This document shows, in pieces, positions 1-10,580 of a DNA stretch of 36,433 nucleotides. Made by a program: the position numbers and the translations under genes. The DNA is from Ginkgo biloba (taxonomy: Eukaryota > Plantae > Ginkgophyta): positions 47,501,889-47,538,321 of the forward strand of contig JANKJI020000004.1 in NCBI GenBank assembly GCA_024626585.2, in the 5' to 3' direction. The notes under the pieces are model-generated. The model was given only the letters and a program-made list of their open reading frames with translations. It did not search any database and was not told the origin of the DNA. Position 1 is the stretch's first letter. Each line of letters opens with the position of its first letter.

Positions 1-859
1 GGAGACCTTATAAATTCTTCAATTATACCTTGAGATATTAAAGATCTTGTGTATGGCCTCCTTGTGACTGTATCCTTAGAACTCAACATAGTCACTTTGT
101 TGAGTCACTATACTTTAGGACTCCCTAGTATGGTCATGAATTCAGTTGATGAGAAAGTTTATACTTTAAGAAAAGGATGAATAAGGCGTGGGTCTGTAAC
201 TTAGAGATAAGTACTAACTCATCGTAATAATAAGGAGTGAATGCTCTCTATTTTATAGGGGTAGTTCCTTTATTTCAAAAAAATAGAAAAAATATTAAAT
301 AATGATTTAACATTGTTTACAATTGATGTACAAGACAAAAGAAAGTGATTTGTGGCTCACACTTGATAACATGTAGAAAAAGAAAAGTGGAGAGAAATCC
401 CATGTGATAAAAAGGTAAATAAATTTACTACTAACATTANNNNNNNNNNNNNNNNNNNNNNNNNAAAATTAAGCTAAATGTAGAAGCAGTTGGGAGGAGC
501 AATTTCTAACTACTTTAATTCTTAAGGAAAACTAAATATATTATTTTAGGATTGCTAGGTAACATTACTAGACTAATCACAAACAACAAAGCATGAAAGA
601 TTATTTATTCTTAATATCCAATGACATCACCAAATGAATGTAAAATAAAATGATATCACATTTCACAAAAATAGATATTATAAGGATCATATTACGTCAT
701 AGCCAGAAATAAATACTAAGAAGTCTATTTTCAAATAAAATGATAATGATAAAATATCCTCTTCAGATCATATCCCCTATCACTCTACTTCCTATGACTT
801 CAAAATTACCATAAAATGGAGAAAATAATAGAAAAATTTTGGAACCCTTTATAATTCAC

Positions 860-1613
860 TCTTCTTGATCCTTATAGTCTTTCTCTTAGAGGCGTTAGGT
901 AACTATTAGTAACTAATTGTTGTACCAATTAAATGGTCCTTAATTCTTCACCAAAGTAGGCCTCTCTTTTTGCTAAATCCCGTGATTCCAAGGAGCTTAC
1001 ATCATTTCTCTGCTAGCATAAGATTTCTTCCTTACATTTTCATTGATTTGTATCTATAACTCTTGAGAGCTCCTAATAACCTTCATTTAAGGTCACTTTC
1101 TTCATAGTGAGATACTTATGCAACTTTGCTAGCCTTGCTAATTAGGATCTTGGTAATTTTTATTCCTTTGAATCATTGTTAATGCTTTTCATCACCTATC
1201 CTTTCAACATACCTACATTGTCTGTCGCTGAGGCTAACTACTCTTGCATAGTGGCTATATGTTGAGTTAGGATGACCTTAAATATTAGAATCTCATCAAC
1301 ATTATTGGATATTTCCTAGTCCTTTTTTCTACCTTAAGGTGCATCTCATCTATGACCCTCTCCTTCTCTTACATCTATCTCTCTATGGATTTGCATTCCC
1401 CTTGGAGATTGGAGACCTCTACTTCTAAATGAGCTAACTTAGTTTATTCTTATGGAGGAAGTGGAGGTACTTCCTTCAATGCTAATGCATTCTATCTTAG
1501 AATATATATATGAGGATGGAGGTCATATTGAATTTCCACAACCAAGTTGGATTGTTCCTTTTATGGTAAGGCATTCATCATACTGATCTCACACAATAGT
1601 AAAGAAAATTTCT
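860..1613 (-). pseudogene. Decayed coiled-coil-rich ORF, probably a retroelement accessory ORF
   Basis: The minus strand reads NALALKEVPPLPP*E*TKLAHLEVEVSNLQGECKSIER*M*EKERVIDEMHLKVEK and continues E/K/L/Q-rich after a frameshift. The stops fit CAG/CAA>TAG/TAA. No diagnostic domain is visible. Confidence 0.3.
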
Positions 1614-1714
1614 NNNNNNNNNNNNNNNNNNNNNNNNNNNNNNNNNNNNNNNNNNNNNNNNNNNNNNNNNNNNNNNNNNNNNNNNNNNNNNNNNNNNNNN
1701 NNNNNNNNNNNNNC

Positions 1715-2090
1715 GGGAAGGTGTAAGAGTGCCAATAAAAAATCCTACTTGCACCTCCCATTTGCCATTGGGGAAATGTTATTTTAAAATTGGCTAGCAT
1801 TAGAAAAGGTGCAATATAAATTAAGGGAATGAACCTCCCGCATCAAGGAACTAAGAAGTGATGGGATCCCTTCGACAGGGTTTGAGGATAATTGGCAGCC
1901 CTCCTAGATAAGGTGAGCCTAGATTATCAGTACCAGCCCTGAAAAGAAGAGGATCATTTTTATCTATTCTTGGCAAGCTGGGAAGATGTCTAGAGAAGAA
2001 TCCAGGTAGCCTATGAAGAGTACAAGGATAAAGAAGACTCTGAGGATAACAATGAGGTCCTATCTAAACAATTGATAATTGGCACTTGGA
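1715..2090 (+). mobile_element. Fragment of an LTR-retrotransposon accessory ORF, copy A
   Basis: Clear nucleotide homology to 3275-3640, including the shared GGGATCCCTTCGACAGGGTTTGA and GATAAGGTGA..CTA.ATTATCAG. Confidence 0.55.
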
Positions 2091-2217
2091 GTGACTGTGA
2101 GGGTTAATGTAACGGAGGAGGTGACTTGGATTATTACCAAAGAGGTAACTATAGGTGGAGTGGCCATGTCAGTGGTTTGAATGATGCTTAGTGTTATAGG
2201 CAAGGAGATAGAGGTGT

Positions 2218-2289
2218 TGATGTTCTGAGTGCTTCTTTCACCCTGTTTAGTGAGACAAAACTAGGGTGAAAGAAGCACTCAGAACATCA
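2218..2289. repeat. Perfect 27-bp inverted repeat with an 18-nt spacer, at an inversion junction
   Basis: TGATGTTCTGAGTGCTTCTTTCACCCT (2218-2244) and AGGGTGAAAGAAGCACTCAGAACATCA (2263-2289) are exact reverse complements. Confidence 0.95.
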
Positions 2290-2392
2290 TCTTTTCTATT
2301 AGTTTATGGGAAATAACTTATCTTCCCCATTATATTAAATATTCCTACCTACTAATTCTTCCCTGTATACTTACAAGTATCACCAGCACACC

Positions 2393-2616
2393 ATGACCAT
2401 CTACGACCATTTCTATCTGATGGTGTATAGGGCCATACGGGGGGTAGAAATGNNNNNNNNNNNNNNAGAGTATAGGGATGATTTGAGTAATTTATGGGCT
2501 TGGTGGTTATTTGAGGACTTCACCCTCATTAGGGTGGAAGGAGAACTCACCTTATCTACCACCCTACCTATTTATATTTTGGACCTACTAGCATCCTACG
2601 AGGTGTCCATGTAGTG
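2393..2616 (+). mobile_element. Fragment of a gypsy-type accessory ORF (W..T.IRV.G....LP...L...E segment)
   Basis: Reads WWLFEDFTLIRVEGELTLSTTLPIYILDLLASYEVSM*. Its 3' end (TGTCCATGTAGTG) matches the start of the 3248 segment (TGGCCATGCAGTG), so both belong to one protein. The resemblance to extra ORFs of conifer LTR elements is from recall, not a search. Confidence 0.45.
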
Positions 2617-3200
2617 TGTAGACACCTAAAGTCCACCATCATGTATTAATCCCATTCTATTCTACTAAGGTAATTTCACCTTAGTTTTATTCTCTTTAGT
2701 GTCATTTAATGTCATTAATGGAGTCTTCTCCCATTTTCACCTTAGTGTCATCTAATATCATTTGATGTCATTAAGTGAGTTTCATCCTAATTTCATCTCA
2801 TTNNNNNNNNNNNNNNNNNNNNNNNNNNNNNNNNNNNNNNNNNNNNNNNNNNNNNNNNNNNNNNNNNNNNNNNNNNNNNNNNNNNNNNNNNNNNNNNNNN
2901 NNCAAGACCCCTTACGAGATCCACATTAGACTCTAGTCTATTGCTATTACAATCTTTGCAAACCCATAGGAGACCCATTGAGTCATCTAGTGATGAAGAA
3001 AAGTCATGTTGTAAATCCCCAATCCTCTAACGGGCATAAATTCTTACTAACCGTGACTAACTATTGCACCAATTGGGTTGGGTAAATAACTTCCAAGAAT
3101 ATCGCAGCTATTGTAGTCATTGATTTCCTAGAGACTAACATAGTCAAATAGTTTAGGACTCCCCTTTCCCTAGTATATGGTAGCAGTTTGGAGAACTCAC
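2617..3200 (+). mobile_element. Probable LTR (Tat/Ogre-like terminus) inserted into the accessory ORF
   Basis: Starts TGTAGACACCTAAA exactly where the ORF breaks. Ends GGTAGCAGTTTGGAGAACT, which resembles GGTAGCATTTTTGGCGAACT at about 24982-25001 and is a possible LTR end plus PBS. It contains a 100-N gap. Confidence 0.35.
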
Positions 3201-3247
3201 NNNNNNNNNNNNNNNNNNNNNNNNNNNNNNNNNNNNNNNNNNNNNNN

Positions 3248-4602
3248 TGGCCATGCAGTGCAACTTTGGGATGGAAGGATGGTGCAAGATTGGTAATTAG
3301 AAATCCTACCCGCACCTCCCATTTTCCATTAGGGACATGTTCTATCAAAATTGGCCAGCATTAGAAAAGATGGTAAGGGAAATTAAGGGGAAGGACCTCC
3401 TACATCAAGGACCTAAGAGGTGGAGGGATCCCTTCGACAGGGTTTGAAGACACTTAGTGGCCCTCTGAGATAAGGTGATCCTATATTATCAGCACCAACC
3501 CTTGAAAGAAGAGGACAAGTTTTATCTATGCCCGACGAGATGGGAAGACATTTAATAGAGAATCTAAGAAGCCCAAGAAGAGTGCAGGGACAATGAAAAG
3601 TCCAAGGAGACCAATGAAGTCTTAACCAGACAATTATTAGGAGGCATTCCCACCAGGAGGATAGAAGTCCAACCCCTTATCACGACCACAACCACCCCAT
3701 CTAGCTCCTATGTTCCTCCCCATTCATATTTCATTCTATAGATAGGCACTACATCCTAAGCCAATACCTCTGTCTCTCTTCCCAAAACACCAAGCACCAT
3801 TCAAACCTATGACTTGGTCAATTCACCCATCATTACCTCTTTGGTTGTAAGCCTAGTTAACATATTCATTACCACAGTCCCTTCCACACCAACACTATCA
3901 CCAACCACCATCTCCTCTGCTCCTTCCATATCCTCACCTTCCCAGTTGCCTTGAATTATCACCACTAAAGAGGAAGACTCCCTGGTGAATAAGGATACCT
4001 TAAACGTGATCCTATTTAACTTATCTAGGGGAATTTGCCTTCTTCCATCACTCTCCATCATGCCAACCATTTGGAGATCACCCAAATTCACAATCCTCCC
4101 CCCTATCACCACTTTTTAGACTGAAGAAAATTTATTGTCCCTAACTCAAAAGAGGAAGAGAAAAACCTAGAGCACTGACATGGACGACAAGGAATTAGTG
4201 GCAGACCCAATGTCTATAGTCCAATTAGTTAATAAAATATTAGAGGAAGTCATGGAAAGGATACAATTTAATTTATCATAGAGTTAGGATAGGATTATAG
4301 CTCCATCATCCATGGGTGCATTGATAACAGGATCCATCAAAGATTTATACCGATCCTTTGTACAAGTAAAGGAGGCCCGAGGTAGAGGTGAGGAGACCCA
4401 TCATAGGATTGGAGCCTCTTTAGAGTAGGTAAATGAATGTGAGTCCAAGTTAGCCACCCTTGAGAATGTGTCCCATAGGAACCTATTGCCTAATCTATCA
4501 TTGCTAAAGCTAGATGAGGTTATCACCTGTGAGAATCTCCTAGCCAAAATTAGGTAGGTGCTAGAGGACAGTGATGCCCCACTAGTTTCATCAAATAGGA
4601 AA
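3248..4602 (+). mobile_element. Decayed LTR-retrotransposon accessory ORF, copy B
   Basis: One frame of about 450 codons with revertible stops: KSYPHLPFSIRDMFYQNWPALEKMV...WRDPFDRV*RHL...YYQHQPLKEEDKFY, then a Thr/Pro/Ser-rich linker, then a helical C-terminus (...RNLLPNLSLLKLDE). Confidence 0.55.
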
Positions 4603-4702
4603 NNNNNNNNNNNNNNNNNNNNNNNNNNNNNNNNNNNNNNNNNNNNNNNNNNNNNNNNNNNNNNNNNNNNNNNNNNNNNNNNNNNNNNNNNNNNNNNNNN
4701 NN

Positions 4703-5950
4703 ACTAGTCCATCCATCATTTCCCCCGCACTCATGTAGGAAACAACCACTATTTCCCCTACCCTATTCATATCTCTATCTTCCTAATCACCTCAAATTAC
4801 CACTATACAGCTAGACAGTTTCTCAGGGAACCAAGGATCATTGACCATAACCCTGCTTGACTTATCCAGAGAAATCCACCTTCTACCATTGCTTCCCCTT
4901 AAGTTAACCATCTAGAGATTGTCTATATTCATAGTCCCCTCCGCTATCATCTTTATGCTCTCATCTACACTTAGGACTATAGTCAACACTAGCAGCCCAA
5001 GGTTTTTATTCACTACCCCACCTTGACTGAGCCTAAGAAGGTGCCCCTCATAGACCCTATTGATGTTGCTCACCTAGAGGAGGCTCATTCTACCACCCGA
5101 CTGTCCATAATGAGTAGATTATATTGGATCCAAATGTAATTGGCTAAAGCTAAAGAAGTGGACTTGACCACTCCCAAGGATCCTAAGGTAATATTAGAAT
5201 ATGATAAAGCCACCAACAGTCTAAAGAAGGTGACAAAAAATAAGATCAATATTGGGGACCAGGTCACCACATTATAAATGGAGGAGAATTTACTGTCCCT
5301 AACTCAGAAGAGAAAGAAGGAGACTTAGAGCATTAACATGGATGAGAAGGAGGTGATAGCAGACCCAATATCCATAGTTTGGTTGGTGAATAAAATGTCA
5401 AAGGAAGTAGTAGAAAGGATAAAGTTATATAGGGTTGAGATAGGATTATGGCTCCACCTGCAATAGGCGCTAAGATAATAGGATCTATCAAAGACTTATA
5501 TCAGTCCTTCGCACTAGTAGAAGAGGTCTGAGGTAGAGGTGAAGAGACCCATCACATGATTAAAGCCTCTTTAAAATAGGTAAGTAAATGGGAGTCCAAG
5601 TTAGCCACCCTTGGGAGTGTGGCCCGTAGGAACCTACTGCCTAATTTGTCATTACTAAAGCTAGACGAGGATGTCATCTATGATAATGTCTTGGCCAAAA
5701 TTAGATCGACACTAGAGGATGGTGATGCTCTACTAATTTCATCAAGAAGACAGTTGGAGTCATCCTCTTGCAATATTAGGACCTTATTGGACAGTGTCAT
5801 ACTCTCCTTAGTGGCAACGCCTGACAAATCCTTCCCCTCAAAAGAAGAGTTGCATGCCACCTTGGGAGAATCAACCAACTAGTTTGCAAGATAAATAACA
5901 TGAGAAGTAGGGCAACCAATCCCTCCATAATTTTATTATAGGCATGAAAA
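4703..5950 (+). mobile_element. Second diverged copy of the C-terminal half of the same accessory ORF
   Basis: 5280-5750 aligns by eye with 4122-4602 (GAGTCCAAGTTAGCCACCCTTG is identical, and RNLLPNLSLLKLDE occurs in both). Confidence 0.6.
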
Positions 5951-6399
5951 GAGAGGTGGAGAGGGTGTACTGTATTAAAGAGTTTATGGACCCTATCTTA
6001 TCGANNNNNNNNNNNNNNNNNNNNNNNNNNNNNNNNNNNNNNNNNNNNNNNNNNNNNNNNNNNNNNNNNNNNNNNNNNNNNNNNNNNNNNNNNNNNNNNN
6101 NNNNAGAATCTATCTTTATTGATACTTTGTCTAGTGGTTTATCAAGCCCAAGCGTGGTTGATCACCTCATATCTTTGGAAAAGATTGACTAGTCTGGTTT
6201 TAAACCTATGCAGGATTTGAGAGAGGTTGATGTTAGTGAAATGGTGGGTATGAAATATCTATCTCTTTTATGGTGGAAAAATTTGGGTCAAGTGGGGCAC
6301 TTGATGAGAATCTATCTCAGTCAGTCTATCCTCCTCCTACAAGTGAGTGATTGGAAGGGGATCAACCTTTGGAACTGAGTTCATGGCCTCATACTATTA

Positions 6400-7445
6400 A
6401 GTATATCCAAAATTGACATTAGAGGATAAAGGGGGTTTGTTCAGGGTAAATAGATTATAAATAATATGACTTTGGTACATGAAGCTCTTCATTCTGCTCT
6501 AATGAGAAAAGGGAAATCAATGCTAATCAAATAAGATATGGCCAAATATTAAGACTACCTAGGCAGGACCTTTATCTTGAAGATTCTAGAGAGATTTTGA
6601 TTTTATAAACAGTGGAGACATTGGGTGGAAGTATGTATCGCCAACCCAGCCTTTGCAATTTTTATCAATGGTAGTCTAGTGGGCTTCTTCAAAAGTGGTA
6701 GGGGTTTAAGAAAGGGGTGTCCATTTTCCCTGAGCTTATTTATCTTAGTTGCAGAAGCACTAGGAAGAATGTTGGAAATGAAGGTAGAGAGGGGTCTCAT
6801 AGAAGGGGCAGAAGTAACGATAAACTGTAAACAAATTTCTCATGTACAGTTTATGGACAATACTATCCTTATGGGAGAAGCAATAGTGGCCAATGCCAAA
6901 GTTTTCAAAGCAGTGCTTGATATCTTTCTTGTGGATTTTTGGGGAAGGGTGAATGAAAGTAAAATATTTATTTATATGATGAATTCTTCATCAAAGTTGC
7001 ATAGCAGAATCTATATATTAATGGGATTCTAGCATGGAAATTTTAAGAGGCCAATAAGATATCTTGGTGATTCTCTTTTGAATTCTTTGATGAGAAGCAA
7101 AGACTGGTCGCCCTTGTTGGAAAAATTCTAAAAGAAGGTTGAAGGTTGGTCGCATTGATGGTTAAATTTGGCAAGGAAGGTAACCCTAATAAAATCTGTG
7201 TTGGCCTCTTATCCAGTCTTTCTTTGTTCCTTCTTAGCTGCTCCAAGGAAAGTCCTAGATAGCTTTGAGAAAGTGATGAGATCCTTCTTGTGGAAGGGTG
7301 GGAAGGAGAATCAACAAGTTGATCTAGTTAACTGGGATGTTGCTTGCAATTCAAAAAAGAAAGGAGGGTTGGGTCTTAGGAAGTTGGAGGTGTTGGCTAC
7401 TTCTTTGGAAGCGAAATAAGTGTGGAGACTAGGTACAGGTAAACC
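6400..7445 (+). mobile_element. L1-clade LINE (non-LTR retrotransposon) ORF2 reverse transcriptase, pseudogenised fragment
   Basis: Motifs in the expected order: GFVQGK*IINNMTLVHEALHS, MLIK*DMAK, INGSLVGFFKSGRGLRKGCPFSLSLF (GLRQGCPLSP.LF), ISHVQFMDNT (QFADDT), then KVTLIKSVLASYPVF...RSFLWKG...LVNWDVAC.SKKKGGLGLR. Stops and frameshifts are present. Confidence 0.95.
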
Positions 7446-7610
7446 ANNNNNNNNNNNNNNNNNNNNNNNNNNNNNNNNNNNNNNNNNNNNNNNNNNNNNN
7501 NNNNNNNNNNNNNNNNNNNNNNNNNNNNNNNNNNNNNNNNNNNNNNCCAGCTGGTAATGGACCATGGACTAGAAAAGAAGCTAGCCTTTGTTCTACTAGT
7601 GGGTGGATGG

Positions 7611-7913
7611 CTATCAGGATGATTTATTTATGCCCATTGAAGAACCTTGAGATGCTAATCCATGAGAAATGATACAAGGAATGTGAAAGAACTTATATAC
7701 GGAATGAGAGCGACCAGTGAAAATACACTAGTTTCTTACTCATGCAGAGGAACTATTTCTTGGCAACTTGGATAACTTATAACGATGTTTATCTTGCATA
7801 TCACTAGGAGGATTGGGATCTCTATAAAAGGCTTTATGAGGCTTTCATCTTAATTCATATTTAGCCATAGGCAATCTACGTCTGTGATCTCATATATTTT
7901 GCTTCTCTGACAT
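7611..7913 (-). pseudogene. rps14: Mitochondrial ribosomal protein S14 pseudogene (NUMT, unedited)
   Basis: 303 nt: MSEKQNI*DHRRRLPMAKYELR*KPHKAFYRDPNPPSDMQDKHRYKLSKLPRNSSSA*VRN*CIFTGRSHSVYKFFHIPCIISHGLASQGSSMGINKSS**. It is colinear with plant mitochondrial S14, and the internal stops fall on conserved Arg/Trp codons. Confidence 0.96.
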
Positions 7914-7914
7914 C

Positions 7915-8484
7915 TTACTAATGATCCCCCTCATCCTTCTACAAAAATTCTCTCTGCGATGGTAAAGTCTCATCTTGTGTGTTGGTCGGAGTTAAAATGG
8001 TAACATCGAACCCCTAGATTTGCTCAAACATATCAAAATGATCTTCTATTTTTTGAAATGATCCACAAAACTATGTTTCCATCATGAATTGGATAGAGTT
8101 TTTCTATCTTGACAGAGAATTGTAAAGAGATATCATTGCCAAAATTTTATCTAAAGAATTATACATTATATGCCCTTAGAGAGGGATTCATCATGCTAGG
8201 TTACTGACACATCTTGTGTCTCTCTCAGACCCTCGATAAAAAAAAAATTGATCCAATTGAAATGACTTTCTTATCAAACTTTCCTATATGAATTTTTCAC
8301 CGCACATAATATCCATGGCCAATTATCTACCTGTTATTATTAAATTTAGGAGTTCCTTTAGAACTACTATTATTTCACATGATCTAGGAACTTCTATGAT
8401 GTTGGCATGATTTGATTTTAGCAATGGATCTTGATGTAATATATGTTTGTGATGAAAATAGAGTCCATTTGGTGTGATAAACAT
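7915..8484 (-). pseudogene. rpl5: Mitochondrial ribosomal protein L5 pseudogene (NUMT, unedited)
   Basis: MFITPNGLYFHHKHILHQDPLLKSNHANIIEVPRSCEIIVV...LAMDIMCGEKFI...[56 protein letters not shown]. It matches mitochondrial L5 at both ends, with stops and a small indel. Confidence 0.95.
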
Positions 8485-10058
8485 AAGTTAGCTTCCCCAA
8501 TTAAGATATAATGAGCCATGTGAACTATCTTCTTCAAAGATAGTGGATCGGAATGATCCGATTTAACCCCCTCTTACTAAGAATTCTTAGAAGAGATTGT
8601 TGATAAGTTCCTGCAAAAGATCTTGTTGTAGTGACTCATCCCCCATTTTTTTATTGTCCCATCCCATTTATCCTTTTTTGTTCTGGTCCATCCATTTTTT
8701 CAAATTCCATATCGATCTATTCAAAACCTTCAAAATTTTCAATCTCTGGTCCCCAAAGGAACCTACTTTGGGAGGAGGTGGTCGTTGATGATTATCCTTT
8801 CCTTTCAAACTTTATGATGATTCCCACTAATTATTAGACTTCAATCGCCTCCTTTGTTGGTCACATGAAGTGGTGGTGCAAATAGATATTAAGATTTTTC
8901 AAACTCATTTATGAGGTTAGGATTCTAACTACAAATCCTTCCCATGCTTCCAATTTGGTGATTTGTTCTTCTTTGTAAACCTACACTTCTTTAATAACTA
9001 TGCATATGATGTTTCAGTTACTTCATTGTCAAACTTATTTGGGTAAATGACTTGTTTCTATAAGTTCCTCTTTTTCCTCATTTTGTCTTTCACAATGATG
9101 AGACCTCATCTTTGCCCTCCCAAATAATGGTTTTGATGATATCTAGGGGATCTCAATCTACAACCAATTAGGATACATGTCTAAAATTGTTGCCACTACT
9201 AAATCAAAGGACAATGGCACAAAAAAGATATGACTATTAGACAGTGTTACATTTTCTTTGCACTTCATTAAACCATATTAATCATGCAATGTGTTTCCTT
9301 GATTGTAAAAGCATTTAAAAACTTTTCAACAATATAGACCACTTTGTGAAATGAAATGTTTAGGAAACTTATGGTCTGGTGTGAATTAATTGAAAATAAC
9401 TTTATTTTATTTAAATTGAACCTAAAATAAGTACACAATATTTACCTAACGTTACATAGGTGGGGAAATAATTATGGTGAAAACTTGCATTGAACATTTC
9501 ACATATTTTGATCCTCAATGAAACCAATTTCAATACATTTCAATTAGTAAAAGTGTTTCACATTGCAAAGTTTCATGGTAACTATGCATTTAACCAAGTC
9601 TTGATTTCTTAAAAGATATTAATTAGATGATCAAATTTGGTGAATGTTCAACCATCCTAATTATGACTAANNNNNNNNNNNNNNNNNNNNNNNNNNNNNN
9701 NNNNNNNNNNNNNNNNNNNNNNNNNNNNNNNNNNNNNNNNNNNNNNNNNNNNNNNNNNNNNNNNNNNNNNATGCAGAGAGCGACGACGTCGTTGGCATGT
9801 GTGAGACCTTTGAAAATATCATGGAAGGTGGGGAGGGCGGTGACATGCAGTGCAAAGAGATAAATTGACGTTCGTCGATCAGGGACCTTCATTGGTGTCA
9901 GTTTGGGCACTAACCAATGGCCGACATGGGTTCCCACCAACATCGTCGGCCACCGACCGATGTCGGGTAGAAGCTGCAAAACAAAAATGACAGAAATTAG
10001 AAATCAAAGAATCTTAATTTTCTTTTCACCACCATCGTCTCCCCTCATCCTACGTCAG

Positions 10059-10069
10059 TGGTATTAGAG
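10059..10069 (+). promoter_or_regulatory. Primer-binding site (initiator tRNA-Met type)
   Basis: TGGTATTAGAG is the canonical TGGTATCAGAG with one C>T, located 1 nt after a CA end. Confidence 0.7.
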
Positions 10070-10305
10070 ATCAAGAACTAAATGTCAGAGATAAGGATCA
10101 ACTTATCAGAGCTATGGAATAGAATATTAGAGTGAGGTTTTAGAGCGTAGATTAGAGCACAGTTATAAAGCAGGGTGACAATGGGTATTGAGAGATCAGA
10201 GAATATAGACACAGTAGCATCAATAGAAGTATTAAGGGCAGAGTGTAGAGGCAACCAAGGTTATCAATGGAAAAATAGCCCATGAGCAGGAGCTCATATC
10301 TTTTT

Positions 10306-10318
10306 GAAAGAAGGGGAG
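10306..10318 (+). promoter_or_regulatory. Polypurine tract
   Basis: GAAAGAAGGGGAG lies 2 nt before the TG that starts the LTR. Confidence 0.8.
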
Positions 10319-10362
10319 TTTGATGCAGTAGCATCCCTTGGAGTTGAGTGGCTGGTCAACAC

Positions 10363-10580
10363 CATCGATTGAGGAAAACCTGACCTCGTTGGTGAAGAGA
10401 AATATAACCTCATCGATGGAGAGAAATATGACCTCTTCGATGGAGAGAAATCCAACCTTGTCGGTGGAGAGAAATCTGACCTTGTCAGTGGAGAAGAAAT
10501 CTGACCTTGTAGGTGGAGAAGAAATCTTCCCCCATCGATGGAAAGCCAAACTAACTTCATCTATGGAAGTCAAGATTAAC
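10363..10580 (+). repeat. About 24-bp tandem array (8-9 units) in the LTR U3 region
   Basis: Units such as CATCGATGGAGAGAAATATGACCT and TGTCGGTGGAGAGAAATCTGACCT start at 10363, 10387, 10411, 10435, 10459, 10483, 10508 and 10533. Confidence 0.9.

Larger units (their letters stand above)
7547..8790 (-). other. NUMT: nuclear insertion of mitochondrial DNA carrying rpl5-rps14 and flanks
   Basis: Contains rpl5 and rps14 in the conserved mitochondrial order with a 1-nt spacer (TAA-G-ATG). It is decayed by transitions and flanked by nuclear retroelements. The right boundary is approximate. Confidence 0.9.

Noticed and set aside
8485-8900. rpl16 or rps3 upstream of rpl5
   Set aside because: No recognisable L16 or S3 sequence was seen on the minus strand, so this was left as a probable mitochondrial spacer.
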